The notes: generated from the sequence alone by a model not told the origin. Shown: positions 15,388-30,560, counted from the stretch's first letter. The stretch is 64,000 nucleotides of DNA from the human T2T-CHM13v2.0 reference genome, Homo sapiens (GCF_009914755.1 NC_060946.1); one strand, 5' to 3'. Made by a program: numbers and translations.

Positions 15388-15524
15388 ATTACGCTCTGGG
15401 GAAGGACTGTATTATGCACGGGTACATGCTGAAACTGGGAAACCCATTTCTGACTCAGTGGCAGCGTCGCTATTTTTACCTCTTTCCAAATAGACTTGAA
15501 TGGAGAGGAGAGGGAGAGTCCCGG
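15388..15524 (+). CDS. GRK3: GRK3 coding exon (PH domain start: [46 protein letters not shown])
   Basis: Acceptor tattcctcag, donor CGG|gtaagt; 137 nt, phase 1 to 0. Confidence 0.97.
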
Positions 15525-15957
15525 GTAAGTCTAAGGCAGCCTCACCGAGCATGTTTCCCAGTACGTACAATGGCATATGGTTATTTCATGTTGCTGACAT
15601 GTTTTATACACTATCCTCCGAAACTCTGTGATTCTATTTTACTGCTCTACATGAGATTGTAATGTGCAAACTTTAACTTGTTTTTAAACTTCCAAGTCAA
15701 GGAACAACTTGGTAATACCTGAAAATAGAACATGCTTTTTAGTGAGGTCAGAAGCACCACATCATCAGATGGATTTGAAGAAGGCTGGAGAGCAGTTAGA
15801 CAGATCTAAAAAGAAAAGACAAGCTGGACTTTGAAGTCAGACAGAGGTGTTCAGCTCCACTGCTGAGTGTCTCTGGGACTTTGAACACGTCACATTGACT
15901 CTCTCAGCCTCCGTTTTCTCATCTGTGAAATGAGGGAAATAGAAATCATAACAACTG

Positions 15958-16298
15958 CAGTCAGCCCTCCATATCCACAGATCCCCATCCTGGGATTCAA
16001 ACAACCAAGGAGAGAAAATATGCGGGAAAAAGAAATTTAAAATAACAACAAAACAATAAAAACTAATACAGAAAAAAAACAACACAGTCTAACGACTGTT
16101 TACATAGCATTTACGTTAGAGGTGATTTAGAGTATACAGGAGGATGTGTGAAGGTTATATGCAAATACGATACCATTTTATATCAGCAACTTGAGCATCT
16201 GTGGATTTTGTATAATTTGGACCTGGGCAGATTATACATTTATTATGCTACTCAGGGGTTCCTGGAACCAGTCCCCTGTGGATACTAAGGGATGACTG
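15958..16298 (+). mobile_element. MER2 DNA transposon fossil
   Basis: TIR-like ends cagtcagccctc / agggatgactg; similar to the copy at 13782-14430. Confidence 0.8.
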
Positions 16299-17562
16299 TA
16301 CTGTAATTTTTGCATGTTTATCTGAGGTCAAGTGCTGTTAAAAAAAAAAAAAACTCCATGTGTTTGGGAACCTTTGAGGGTCCAACTCTCATTTTATAAA
16401 GAGGAAAGCAGGCTTAGAAGAGGAAAGTCTGCCACCCAAAAACACAACTGGACAGTTAGGAGGTGGAAGGGTGACTCAGACCAGGTCATCCTGTGCCCTC
16501 AGTCTCTCCATTGTACGGCCTCTCCTAGTTGGGTCAAATAAAATGTCCCAGGCCATGACACTTGGCACAGAGATGAGGTCACCAAAAGATGCTTCCTTGT
16601 GTCTCCACCTTGTTGAGAATTTGTAGGTGGATCATACAACAGACAGCAAGATGTAGCTGCCCTCTAAGATCCTTTCGAGAGCTAATGTTTGTGAACAAGA
16701 TAAAAAGAAATTTCTGATCCGCACTACCTTTCAGCAAATCAGGCAGCATTTATTAAGTGCCTACTGGGTGAAGAGCCCAGGGCTTGTCAACAAGGAAGGA
16801 GCCAACCCTGGTGGAAGGCATCTTTTCTTTTCTTGGTGGGGTGGGGGGGGGGCCTGGTGAGTCATCGTAAGCAGGACGATGGTCCCAAACACTCAAAACA
16901 TTGTTTATGTGTTGGATATGTTGGAATACCACCCATCTGTTCTCCAGAGATCAGAAGTGTGGAAAACAGGGCACCTAAATCTCATGTATTTGACTTTGGA
17001 CTGTATTTTTAGTTTACTGTTAGCAAAGTTTTCATTCAATTATGAATGATTACAATTGCATATCACTCCATTTCTTTGAAAAGAAAGAAGATCTTCCCAA
17101 CCATCACTCCTGCCATCGAAGTTATTTTTGAAAAATTAGAATCTAGGATCTAAGTTCCAATTAATAAGATCCTTTTGGGGACCTGAAGTGTAACTCAGGG
17201 CTGGGAAGCATCAGAGTAGCTCCCCAAAGCTCACTGTATTTCCAGGTAATGAGCGGACCTGGGCAGATTATACATTTATTATGCTACCCACTGGCATGTT
17301 AAAAGGAAATCACCCCACTTTTCAGGCTGTTTGAAAACTTAAAAAAACAAAACTTTTACCTTTGTTTAACATTGGATGCAATAAATGAGCTTGGTTTTAA
17401 AAGGTTCAACATTTAGTGTTCTATTTAAGAAGCTACATAATATGCATGAGCAGATTTGTAAGTCTAAGTAAGGAAAAAGAAAACCTGAGTGTTTATCAGA
17501 GTGCCATTTCTCATTCAGGATTCCTGAAGTATTTATTTAAAACAAAAACCGTAAGACGCTAA

Positions 17563-17917
<355 letters not shown>

Positions 17918-18426
17918 TATAGACCTTTTAATCTTTTAATGAAACCACCTCTATTTATGACATCATTGGGATACTATCAAAATATTGTTAGCTTACAAGC
18001 TGACATCAGTAAACATTTACTGAGTTGCTGCCTTAAAACTGAACCACACACCTTTGGCTCACATAAATCATATGTGGCTCTGTTGCTTCCTCACAATGTT
18101 ATTGACAGAATGTATATGAGTGTGCCATACAGCAAGTAGGCTTGCGATTCATCATCATTCAAAATCAGTTCTGTGTTGAGGGAACAGCTTTGCCGTTTTT
18201 CCCTAGCAAAACATTGCTTTCTCTGCAGTTTTCCTTGAAACATTATAATTTGAACTTTTGTTTGTGTTCCTTTATAGCCATTTTCCCCTTACTTCTAGAA
18301 TACCATCAAAGAAAGAAAACCGAATGTGTTTTCTTTTTTTACTTGTTCTAACTTGGTAGTTTTTGGTATTACTACTTAAGAAATCACAAAATAATTTGAA
18401 TTTTAAATTTCTGTTTTTATGGTTAG

Positions 18427-18540
18427 CAAAATTTACTGACAATGGAACAGATTCTCTCTGTGGAAGAAACTCAAATTAAAGACAAAAAATGCATTTTGTT
18501 CAGAATAAAAGGAGGGAAACAATTTGTCTTGCAATGTGAG
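18427..18540 (+). CDS. GRK3: GRK3 coding exon (PH domain: [38 protein letters not shown])
   Basis: Acceptor tttttatggttag, donor GAG|gtgagt; 114 nt. Confidence 0.97.
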
Positions 18541-19431
18541 GTGAGTTTTTATTTTTTCTTAGGTGAATGTTAGAATAATTAAATATTCAGCAAAGTTGAC
18601 TGCCTGTCTATAAAACATTTTCTTATGCCATGTTTTATCACTTACAAACTTAGTAAGAAAGCCCCAAGGTACAAGGTTTTCAGCAAATTCATCGTGATTT
18701 TTTAAAAAGGCAAATATTAGAAAATGGCAGGAGGATGCAGGTGAAATAATGTCATTACTCTATCTGGAAAATCTGCTCAGTATTTAATAGGGCTGGAATT
18801 TTATTTGTTCTATAACTTTGAAGATTTTTCGGCATGTTCGATGTTAAGGTTTATATATTTAGATAAATATAAGACGGCAAACTGAAATGCCATCTTCTCT
18901 AAACGAAAATGCCATCTTTTCCTCAAAGTTACATTGTAACACAAATTTCATTCCTGGACACTTTGTGACTGGTTCACTAGTGTGTGTGTTTTAAGAGAGC
19001 ATATTTAGAGAAATAAACACGTATTAGATGCAAAAAAATCATTTTTACTAACATCAGTACTACATTACATACATGAATATATATTTAAAACATTTTTTAA
19101 TTTGTCAAAACTCCTTCCCCTATATTATTATAGATTTCAGTTGTTTTAGAAATCAAAAGTAATCTCTAAACAAATTAAAGGCAGTGATTCTCAGAGTGGG
19201 ATTGTACTGGAATCATCTGAAGGGTTTTAATGTGGCCTTTCCCTGCTCTTTTCAAGAGATTCTGGAGAAGGTGGCAGCGTGACCCATCAGCTAGTAATGC
19301 CACTGGGGGTGGACACGTAGGGTGTGCTTCCTTCAGGGGTTCCAGGGACGCTGGTAATCAATAGGGGCAGCCTCCGCTGTTGGCAAAATGGGTGAGCCTG
19401 TCACAACGGCTGCCTTTGTATTCCCCCTCAG

Positions 19432-19593
19432 AGTGATCCAGAGTTTGTGCAGTGGAAGAAAGAGTTGAACGAAACCTTCAAGGAGGCCCAGCGGCTATTG
19501 CGTCGTGCCCCGAAGTTCCTCAACAAACCTCGGTCAGGTACTGTGGAGCTCCCAAAGCCATCCCTCTGTCACAGAAACAGCAACGGCCTCTAG
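19432..19593 (+). CDS. GRK3: GRK3 last coding exon ([53 protein letters not shown]), G protein-coupled receptor kinase 3 / beta-ARK2
   Basis: Acceptor ttccccctcag; 53 codons plus TAG at 19591-19593; PH C-terminal helix with conserved Trp and basic Gbetagamma-binding extension. Confidence 0.97.
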   Translation, partial: SDPEFVQWKKELNETFKEAQRLLRRAPKFLNKPRSGTVELPKPSLCHRNSNGL

Positions 19594-19787
19594 CACCCAG
19601 AAACAGGGAGGGTCCTCGAGGAGGACACACCAGGGTCTCAGCCTTTTGGGGTGAACGAGGATGAGGCATCTGATCTATTCGCTACCGGGACTCCTCCAGG
19701 CTCCCGAGAGGAGTCGGGACCCTTCGGCTTGGGGTCAGCTCAGCTCCCTGCCTTGTCACATTTGTCTGCATTAGAAACTACTGAAGA

Positions 19788-19793
19788 AATAAA
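19788..19793 (+). terminator. Candidate proximal poly(A) signal of GRK3
   Basis: AATAAA ~195 nt after the stop, followed by a U-rich tract (gttctttttctttg). Confidence 0.45.
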
Positions 19794-21256
19794 AGTTCTT
19801 TTTCTTTGCTACACACTTTGGTACCTATGAACCTAGAACTTGAAGTGACTCCTACTTATCACGTAAATTTTTATGTCTGATATCAAACACATCTTAGACT
19901 CCCCAGAATGGAATTTAAAGATGTTCAGTGTTGGGTAACAGATTGCCCTAAGCATTGCCACATATTCTGTCTAGTCACTGCTGATTTTCTATGTCTTTGC
20001 TCCATACTGCTGGGGGATGGGAGAGCCACAGTGTGTTTCTTTTGTGCACTTCGCAACTGACTTCTTGTCCTGGGGTTAAAAGTTGAAGATATTTTCTGAT
20101 GATATTAAAAGTTGAAGATATTTCTGCACTTGGGCCCTCCTCTGGGAGCCGCACCCACATGACTGCCCTGCCTCTGACCAGTCTGTTCCGGGGCCCCCTC
20201 AGCCAGGTGGGAATGACGGACACGTACTATCCAAGTGTATGGGATTAACTAATCATTGAAGGCATTCATCCGTCCATCATTGGAAAGATTTACAGTGATT
20301 CTGAAGGACAGGCCGTGGAGTTTTAGGTTTCAGGGGCAAGAGCAGTTTTCAAAAGTCTTTGAGTCCAGTGTGCACGAGTCGACAAGCAGTACCTGGCATG
20401 CAGGAGCACTCATGGGTGAGTCCGTCTCAGGTCTCGACAATTAGCAGTTGTGTGACAGTCATTCTGGTTCCTTCTGCCTGACCCTGGGAGACATATCAGT
20501 AATGGATGTACAAAAGCAGGTCTGTTTTATGTCTTAGTATAATTTCAGATGAATTGTATTGAAAAAATGCTGAGGAATGAATGTGTCAAAATGGGTTAAC
20601 TGTGTATATTGACTTTCATGTCGTCATGCATCTGTCATGAATGAATGATACTTTGCACTGGGCTGTACGACAGTGAGGACCTTAGGGCATGAAGCCTTTT
20701 TCCTGGTCCCAGCAGCATCTGCCCTGTGAAGTTTGTTTTCTCCCACTGCCTCCAGGCCCCACTGATACCCCCAAATAGATGCTGGGTTATGAGAACCAGC
20801 GAAATCCCCCATGTCATCAGTCTTAAAAAAAAAATTTTACAAATCCACGTATTTGTCCCATTCTTGGAGTAGTTTTAGTGTATGTCTTTACATTAACTAC
20901 TAACAGTATAAATAACTTGACATCGTAATTGTCTGCATCCTGTCCTTGATATTTTTAGCAGTTCCAAATCTTTGTTTTTGTATTTGTTTGCTGTGTTCAT
21001 GGGCAAAGTAAGTACTTTTTAATGCAGTTATTTTGAGAGTTTGGAAGATAATTACCAAAAGGGTCCATTATTTCATAAGAGTTACTTTGCAAAAAAAAAA
21101 ATGTGGGTTTTTTTTTTTGTCTATCTCAACTACTAGTTGGGGTTTAAATTAACATACATTTTCTACTATCTGTTATTTCCAGTGTGGGAGGAGGGATGTA
21201 CTACTTACATGCATTCTCCTTATTTAAAAAGGAAGAATAGTATTCAAATTCTGTTG

Positions 21257-21258
<2 letters not shown>

Positions 21259-21294
<36 letters not shown>
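21259..21294. repeat. (AC)18 microsatellite in the GRK3 3'UTR
   Basis: Perfect dinucleotide run. Confidence 0.97.
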
Positions 21295-21296
<2 letters not shown>

Positions 21297-21996
21297 CAGA
21301 AGCAGAAAAGCCATTGTTCTTAAAGAGTGAATGTCTTCCCAGCCCTGGTTAATTATAGCTGTGACTGATGCCGTTCCCGTCTGCATCTCAAGCTCATAGG
21401 TTCTCAGCATGTGCAGTTGAGGATGCGCTGGGCCTCATGCCTGTTCTAGATCTCCAGGATAAAGGGCCTGCTGTTGACTCCACCAGGGTCTGGGCTTAGC
21501 GTCTAATATCTCGTACCTAGGGCGTGAGCTGCACAAACGTGTTCAGAAAGATTATTCAACTTTCCCATACTTGTTCTAAAATTGAGCTGATCCGCATCTC
21601 TTTCAAAAACTAGAATTTCTGCTCTAAGAATAGAACATAAGGCTCCACTCCCTTTTAGAAAAGATATATGAATTGGAAAATGCTCTGAAAGTCCTTTTGC
21701 TTCAAACAAAAGTGTAAACTTTTACACTTCCCCAACTCACATTTGATTTGTAATGATATGGTTGAGAAGTACATCTAGATGTCATTTATTAAAAGTGCTT
21801 TGTAAGACTAGATTGAGCTGTTTCTGAGGGCGGTCACCAGTTGTGTTGGGGTCTGGTTTGAGTGCCTTCTGCCAAAATGTTGTGATGGAGGTGTTTCTGC
21901 GACCAGACACAGGATACCGCTGTGTCTGCACCCGGTTGCCTGCATGGCCAGAGGAAAAGTCAGTTGGATTAAACATCATGGTATACTTGGCTGTTG

Positions 21997-22279
<283 letters not shown>

Positions 22280-22807
22280 TAGTACTTGGATGTTTTAGAA
22301 GGTTTTCCAAGTATTACATAATTCCTAGATGTTCACCCTTATTACACTCCAACTATTAAAAAGGTCAAAATTCAGCCTATTTTTTTTCATTATTTTAGAT
22401 TCCTGTGGTTGGGATATTTTAACATTGATGAGAAAAATAATTGAGGTTGATATTTTTACAAAATCATGCGGTAATAAGTCTTGATTTCATGATTCAAAAG
22501 AATCAATAAAGCCTAAAAATAATAGATTACTTTAAGCTGCTATGTAAGATATATATGGAATAAATTAAAAACCTTTGTGAATTCAGGTTTATTATTTTTA
22601 ACCTAAAACATTCTCTTTGGTTCATTCATCCCCTCATGTCATGGGGGCTCATTGGTTTTCCTTCTTTGTCATATTTAAGTATGATTTTTCAACAAAACTT
22701 CTAGAAGTCAGCTTATTATGTCACCATTCATGCAAAGTGCTCATGCCTCTGATTGGTCCATTCACTGACGTGACAATTTCAGGTCCTATGTTTAAAAAGA
22801 AGGGGCT

Positions 22808-23277
<470 letters not shown>

Positions 23278-24053
23278 CTACAAAGTAATGTTTACCAATT
23301 GACGACAGGGATTTAACTAGATTAAAAAGATCAAAGTGTGGTTTTTCTCTGCTTTTTAAAATTTCACTCGGAATTTGTAGCTGGGCCAATTCAACACATT
23401 TTACTTTTCAGTGGAATTGATTTTTCTAATGTTTCAGAATTTTAACATATCAAGAAGAAAACAACGTTCTCAAAGTCTGGCCTCTTTAGCATGATGTAAA
23501 CCTATAGAAATGCTTTGAAATGTGCTGGTGTAAGATAAGAGTTATCTTGTATGATTTAATCATATGCAGTGTTGTCTCAGTTACGTTCAGGGAAATGTTT
23601 CTGTGTCATTCAGAGATGCTTGATGAATTAACACCTCCCACCCTGAGTGAGGGGTTGACTTGTTGGGAGATGATTTGGGCTTCACTGGGATCTGTGACAG
23701 GTGGGGGCTGGGCTGGGTGTCACAAAGAGAATAGTGGTAGAAATCGGGCGAAGGAAGAAAGAAGTTACTGGTAAAAATCATTACACCATAAAGCACCAAG
23801 GAAATAACTGAGTTAAAATAGGTGAAGTTTCTTTTTTCCCCCCTGTAACAGGAGAGTTTTCCTTATGATAATTATTCTGAGACTTGGTCACTTTGTTTTT
23901 GAATGTGGAGCTGCTGAACTCATTCAGAAGCCATTTGCTGCCTATCAGGACTTTCTGAAGAAGTTCTTTTGCCTCTGCCTACCCTCTGGCACCCTCCCAT
24001 GGAGGCACAGGGGACCCAGAGCTAAAGCATTACCAGGCCATCTCCAAAACACC

Positions 24054-24056
<3 letters not shown>

Positions 24057-24102
<46 letters not shown>
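24057..24102. repeat. (TG)23 microsatellite in the GRK3 3'UTR
   Basis: Perfect dinucleotide run. Confidence 0.97.
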
Positions 24103-24103
<1 letters not shown>

Positions 24104-26417
24104 ACTTTGCAGCCCCCGAGGTGGAGAGGCAGTGTCTGGATCACTGTGAATGCATTGCCCCATTGGTCAGTTGGGGACACTGTTACAAATCCACTGAAGT
24201 CCTGGTAAAACTGTCAAGAGTAACAGGCCTCTTCTGTTCTACCCTGCTCACTTCCACGGTGAGTTACCAGCCTGGGCAACACAGCAAGACCCCATCTCTA
24301 CAAAAAAAATTTTTTTAAGTAATTAACCGTTTAAATTTTTTCCTAAAGATTTAACATGATTTTTCCCTCCTATGTAAAGTTTACTGGAGAGACTTGAATT
24401 ACTTAAATTCATGTTAATATGATTTTTTTTTAATCCAGGTCACATTTTAACAAAGTTTATTATGAAACAAATGAAATTTGAACTCTAAAATGGTACTCCT
24501 TGGCTTCCTCAAGTCACAATGAACTTTATATTTTCTTTGTCCTTAAGGACTAAGATAGTTGTTTTATTTCAGCCGAATCACAGAGATAACCACTCCTGCA
24601 GGCCCCCACAGCTGGCCCAAAGGGGCTGTCTTTCTGACCTGGCTGTGTTAGCACTGATTGAGAAATGCAGGCTCCCAAATTTTAAATTGCCTTTATTAAA
24701 AACACAAACTACAGAAAATGGGTTAAGAGTATACGCATTTCATCAAACACATATAGGGGAAAAAATCCTTCAATTTAGAGTTAAATAACTCAGCTTTGTA
24801 TAGTAGAGTTAGCGCTCCAGTATCTAACAATCTCAGAATCATCTCTGAAAACTGGTAACTATGCTTCCATTTTTAATTTTGTCCTAAATATCAGATGTCT
24901 TTGATGTAAGGGTAGGGAATGGAGAAATATTTTCAATTGTGTATTTGTATTACAAAGAACTTGAAATTTACTTTCTTAGTTGATTATATTAAATGATGTA
25001 TATATTATATGTGGTTTATAAGCTCAACACTGGCCATTTTTTTAGTTTTATTGTTAAATGGTATTTTTCTATGTTTAATTATAATAGATCTGGCTTTTTC
25101 TGGATAGCATAAAGATCACTGAACTATATATATATAAGAAACAAGAGTTCTATTTTAGCACAAAGGCATTTTATATTATTTATTGAATCCATAAGTTTGT
25201 TTTCGTCAAAAACATTCCATATTATTTCTGCTCCTTTTTATTTGTATAGTTTGTTATTTAAAGAAATGGCAGTCCTTCCTGTTCTTAATACAATAAAATT
25301 GAAATAATGCACCTAGTAATGTGGCCGACATCTCTTCTCACCACCATGGACTGTTTTCAACAACAGTTGATCTTCTGGTCTGTGCTGAGAGGCGCATGCA
25401 TGTCTTTCGTCACGTCGGGCAGCACACCTGCTGTGAAATACTGCTTTCATCTACCTCTTCAGAAGGCTTCTTGCTTGTTGACAAGTACCGCAAAGGCTTT
25501 ATTCTGGACTGGCTATCTCATAAAAGGATTTCTGTAAGACTTTGCAGTGTCATTCCCTCAGAACCTAGGTTTGTTTCTAAAGCCACGGTATTGTCCAGGA
25601 GCCCCTGTGTGTGGGGCAGGTAGCTATCCCTCCCATGTCATTAGTAATCCTTTAGGATTTAAGGTACAACTGGACAGCATCATTCCTTCCCCTTATTGTG
25701 CCAAATCCCCACCATCAGCCTTGCCATTGCCTTAAGATTTGATTATTGCACCCAATTACCTAACCACTAAACAGAAAGGCCACCTTCACTCTTTGAAAAA
25801 GGCAAGCTGTGCTTAGAAACACTGCTTTTAAGAGTAGCACATTTGAGTGTGACTTTTTCCCCCCTTCACTATTTCAAAATGGTTTTGAAATGGGGTCTTA
25901 AAGGTAAGCGCCCTCATACATGACTGAAACTTTGTGAGAGGTCTTATATTTGAATGGACCCTTAATGATTTATGTGAAATAGAATGAAGTCCTGTCTCTG
26001 TGAGAGAACGTGCCTCCTCACTCAATTTGTCTCTGTCTGTTTTCATAGCCATCAATATAGTAACATATTTACTATATTCTTGAATACCCTTGAAGAAAGA
26101 AATCCGTTTTCTATTGTGCATTGCTATACGAAGTGAAGCCAGTAAACTAGATACTGTAAATCTAGATATTGTACCTAGACAAAATATCATTGGTTCTATC
26201 TCTTTTTGTATCTGTTGTGCCAGGGAAGGTTTATAATCCCTTCTCAGTATACACTCACTAGTGCACGTCTGAAATAGTATCCCACGGGAGATGCTGCTCC
26301 ACGTCTGAGGTCACCTGCCCTGTGTGGGGCACACCACCGTCAGCACCACCGTTTTTACAGTTACTTTGGAGCTGCTAGACTGGTTTTCTGTGTTGGTAAA
26401 TTGCCTATATAAATCTG

Positions 26418-26423
26418 AATAAA
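26418..26423 (+). terminator. Distal poly(A) signal of GRK3
   Basis: AATAAA, CA dinucleotide ~12 nt downstream, then cgtgtgctgtctttcc downstream element. Confidence 0.7.
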
Positions 26424-27711
26424 AAGGATCTGTACAAAGATATCGACTTCCGTGTGCTGTCTTTCCCCTCAATTAAAAGCTGCATTTCTTTACCAAGCTG
26501 TTAAGATATCAGAAAGTGACTGATTGGAAAGAATCCCGACTCTGGGGGGAATTCACGCAGAGGCTGATTTTAAATAGAGGAAGAAGGGGACTGCCGAAAG
26601 CATTTCTGCTGATTTGGTGGGTCGCTGGAGCACAGCCAATTTCACAGTTTCAGGGTTTGGGACACCAGCGCTTGTGCCCCAGAATAACACGTTGCAAATG
26701 AAGAGCCTGGAGAGCCTAGGCAGTGAGGAAATCCAGTAGGTCTGGCTCATCTAGAAGCTATTCCATGCTCCCCAGCCCACTACGGGGGAGCTTTGGATTC
26801 CCTCCCAGAAGACAAGACCTCTTGCTCCCTATCCCTGCTCCCACAGAAATGTGCTGAGATGCTCCCCATCTCCCACCCCTACCGGCATGGTGCCTGTCAC
26901 TGTAAACCAGAAATCCAAGGTGACAGTCCCCAAGCCACAGCTGCCTGGGCATGACTGTCTTCCTGTAGGTCCGCGGGTCAAGGGCAGGCTGGGTATCTCC
27001 TGTCTTTAAGCTGGCGGGGGTGGGGAATACCCTCTCTCTTGCTAGTTCAGGAAAGAAGGAAGTCACGATTGGTCCATGTAGCCACTGAGTAACCCTGGGG
27101 TGTATTTGTGCTTGCCAATTTGAAAACCATTTTGCAAAATAGTTGACAGGGGACCGAGCTATGGAGTGTGTAGCCAGGTCCATGGGCAGGAGGCGACAAC
27201 CATCATGGAACCCTTGGTCTAATGTGTTACGTAACCGAGGGAAGCTGGATATGGGGGTTCAAACAAGCACTCCAACCCCTCTCAAGAGCTGCAGAAATCA
27301 AGTCACCCCCTCAGGAGCCAGAAGGAGGGGAAATAGCATCAGGATCTCAATTCCCAGCATCATCACTTTGGACAACCTCTTTGGCCCTCAGTTTTTTCAC
27401 TCCTATGTTACAAGGATCAAATTAGAGGATCCTGAAAGGTCATCCAAGCCAAAAACATCCTCCGTCTCTGACTTGAGGTAAGTGACGTGTTGAGGCTGCA
27501 AAAAGGAAATGCCTTCCAAGTCCTAGGTTCCTCCTACCTTGCATTATGAGTAATGATGTTAATGTCCCCCCTTTAAACTGTGAGTTCCTGGATGCAGGAG
27601 CCCCTCAACTATGTACTGAATTTGAGGAGAGCCATCTAACAACTGCAAGGCTTTCTTTCCCTAGGCACTTTTACCAGTTTGGATATTGGAGTTCTAAAAA
27701 AGAGTTTTTCA

Positions 27712-28029
<318 letters not shown>

Positions 28030-28653
28030 TCAGGCTATTTCCAGAGATCAGATTCACCAAATAAAACCTTCAGCTTTTACTCTGTGCTCACATACACAGT
28101 TTTGGACGTGCACATAATTAATGAAATCCATGAAGGGAAATTTAATGGCTCATTTTTTTTGTTTTTTTAATGTTTAATTTTTGTGGGTACATAATAGGTG
28201 TATATATTCAGGGGTACACAAGACAGTTTGATACAGGCGTTCAATATGTAACATCCCATCAGGGAAAGTGGGGTATCCATCACCTCAAACGTTTATCCTT
28301 TCTTTGTGTTACAAACATCCCCATTATACTCTTAGTTATTTTAACATGTACAATAAATTATTGTTGTCTATAGTCACTTTATGGTGCTATCAAATACTAG
28401 ATCTTATTTATTAAACTATGTTTTCGCACCCACTAACCATCCCCACTTCCCGCCCTCCATCCCCATACTACCCTTCCTAGCCTCTGGTAACCATCATTCA
28501 ACTCTATCTCTCCATGAGATCAATTGTTTTAATTTTTAGCTCCCACAAATGAGTGTGAACAAGCAAAGCTTGTCTGTCTGTGCCTGGCTTATTTCACTTA
28601 ACATAATGTCTTACATTTCCTTCCATGTTGTTGCCAATGACAGGTTCTCATTC

Positions 28654-28953
28654 TTTTTTTTTTTTTTTTTTTGAGACGGAGTCTCGCTCTGTCACCCAGG
28701 CTGGAGTGCAGTGGTGTGATCTTGGCTCACTGCAAGCTCTGCTTCCCGGGTTCATGCCATTCTCCTGCCTCAGCCTCCTGAGTAGCCGGGACTACAGGCG
28801 CCCACCACCAGGCCTGGCTAATTTTTTGTATTTTTAGTAGAGACGGGGTTTCACCATGTTAGCCAGGATGGTCTCGATCTCCTGACCTCGTGATCTGCCC
28901 ACCTCGGCCTCCCAAAGTGCTGGGATTACAGGCGTGAGCCACCGCGCCCAGCC
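28654..28953 (-). mobile_element. AluY-type inside L1
   Basis: Antisense Alu; TSD tctcattcttttttt. Confidence 0.92.
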
Positions 28954-29328
28954 GAGAGGGTCTCATTCTTTTTTTATGGCTGAATAGTACTCCACCCTGT
29001 GTATGTACCACATTTTTTTTTTAATCCATTCATCTGTTGGTGGAAGCTTAGATTAATTCCAAACCTTGGCTATTGTGAATAGTGCCGCAATAAACATGGA
29101 ATGTCTTCAATATACTGATATCCTTTCTTCGGGATATATATCTCACAGTGGGATTCTGGATCATACGGCAGTTCTATTTTTAGTATTGCAGGCACTTCTA
29201 TATTGTTCTCCAAACTGTTCTCCATACTGGTTATACTAATACACATTCCTACCAACAGTATATGAAGATTCTCTTTTCTCTGCATCCTCACTAGCATTCA
29301 TTATTGCCTGTCTTTTCAATAAAAGGCA

Positions 29329-29657
29329 TTTTATTTTATTTCTTATTTTATCTTTGGAGACAGAGTCTTGCTCTGTCGCTCAGGCTGGAGTGTAGTGGCG
29401 CAATCTCAACTCGCTGCAACCTCCACCTCCCACATTCAAGCAATTGTTGTGTCTCAGCCTCCCTAGTAGCTGGGATTACAGTTGTGTGCCACCAAGCACA
29501 CAACTTGCCACCAAGTCCTGCTAATTTTTGTATTTTTTGTAGAGACAGGGTTTCACCATGTTGGTCAGGCTGGTCTCCAACTCCTGGCCTCAAGTGATCC
29601 ACCTGCCTCAGCCTTCCAAAGTGCTGGGGTTACAGGCGTGAGCCACCACACTGGGCC
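29329..29657 (-). mobile_element. Alu (S-type) inside L1
   Basis: Antisense Alu; TSD-like aataaaag(g/c)cattt. Confidence 0.88.
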
Positions 29658-30560
29658 AATAAAAGCCATTTTAACTGGAATGAGATTAGAGGCTCATATT
29701 AATGGGTCTGTAATTTGAGAAGGGAAATGGGAAACGAAGGCAGAGAAGCACAGCAAGGAAGCATTTTGCATAGCTTATGGATATCCGAAATGACTGGATT
29801 TTATTTAATACATTTTTATATTTTAACCATAGTGTCTGGGTAAAACACCCGGTTTATCATTTACCCTTCTGGGTGTAGACACAGTCCCTATTTGATAGCG
29901 TATAAACCCAATCTCTGCCTGGGGGTAATATGTGGCAGAAGGAAGTGGAGTCAGTTTGTCTAGGAGCTATACCAAGCTCCTCAACTTGCTCCCAGGGTGT
30001 CCTGAAAAGTAGCTCCCAGGAACCCCCAGGGACCTGCACCGTTTCATCTATACAACGGGCATGATGATAACACACACCCCACATCCATTACAGGTTTTCT
30101 GAGGAGGTTGTAAGTAGAAACATACCAAGCGCTCAGAACGGTGTGCAACATACAGTATTCTCACAATGCAGATTGACTTTTTATTTCTATGAATATTTTG
30201 AACTGTTTGTAGATCCACCACAGCATATTTTAAACTACAGCTCACTATACCAGGTTGGGGAATGCCATGAAGTCTGCAGCCCAGGCATTGAAGGGTACCT
30301 CTTGTCTCTCATTTTCAGAAGTGATAGGCAAAGCCGGTGCTTCCTGCAGAAGGCAGGAGGGAATGGGGGTGCCGCCCTTCCTCATGCCCTCAAAACCTAC
30401 CCAGTGGGTCAGTCAAGGTGCAGCTACTAGGTAAGGAAAGATCTACGCTTAAGATCTATGTAACTGAAATGTGTTTAAATGTATAGATTTACACCAATCA
30501 CAACTCAAACCACATGTGGTGTGGGTGTGCCAGGGGTTCAAACTTAGCTTTGCGCTTGGG

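Larger units (their letters stand above)
28150..29690 (-). mobile_element. L1M 3' fragment interrupted by two Alus
   Basis: Antisense L1 3' end motifs (tttttagctcccacaaatgagtg, gcctggcttatttcacttaacataatg, ttggctattgtgaatagtgc). Confidence 0.85.
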
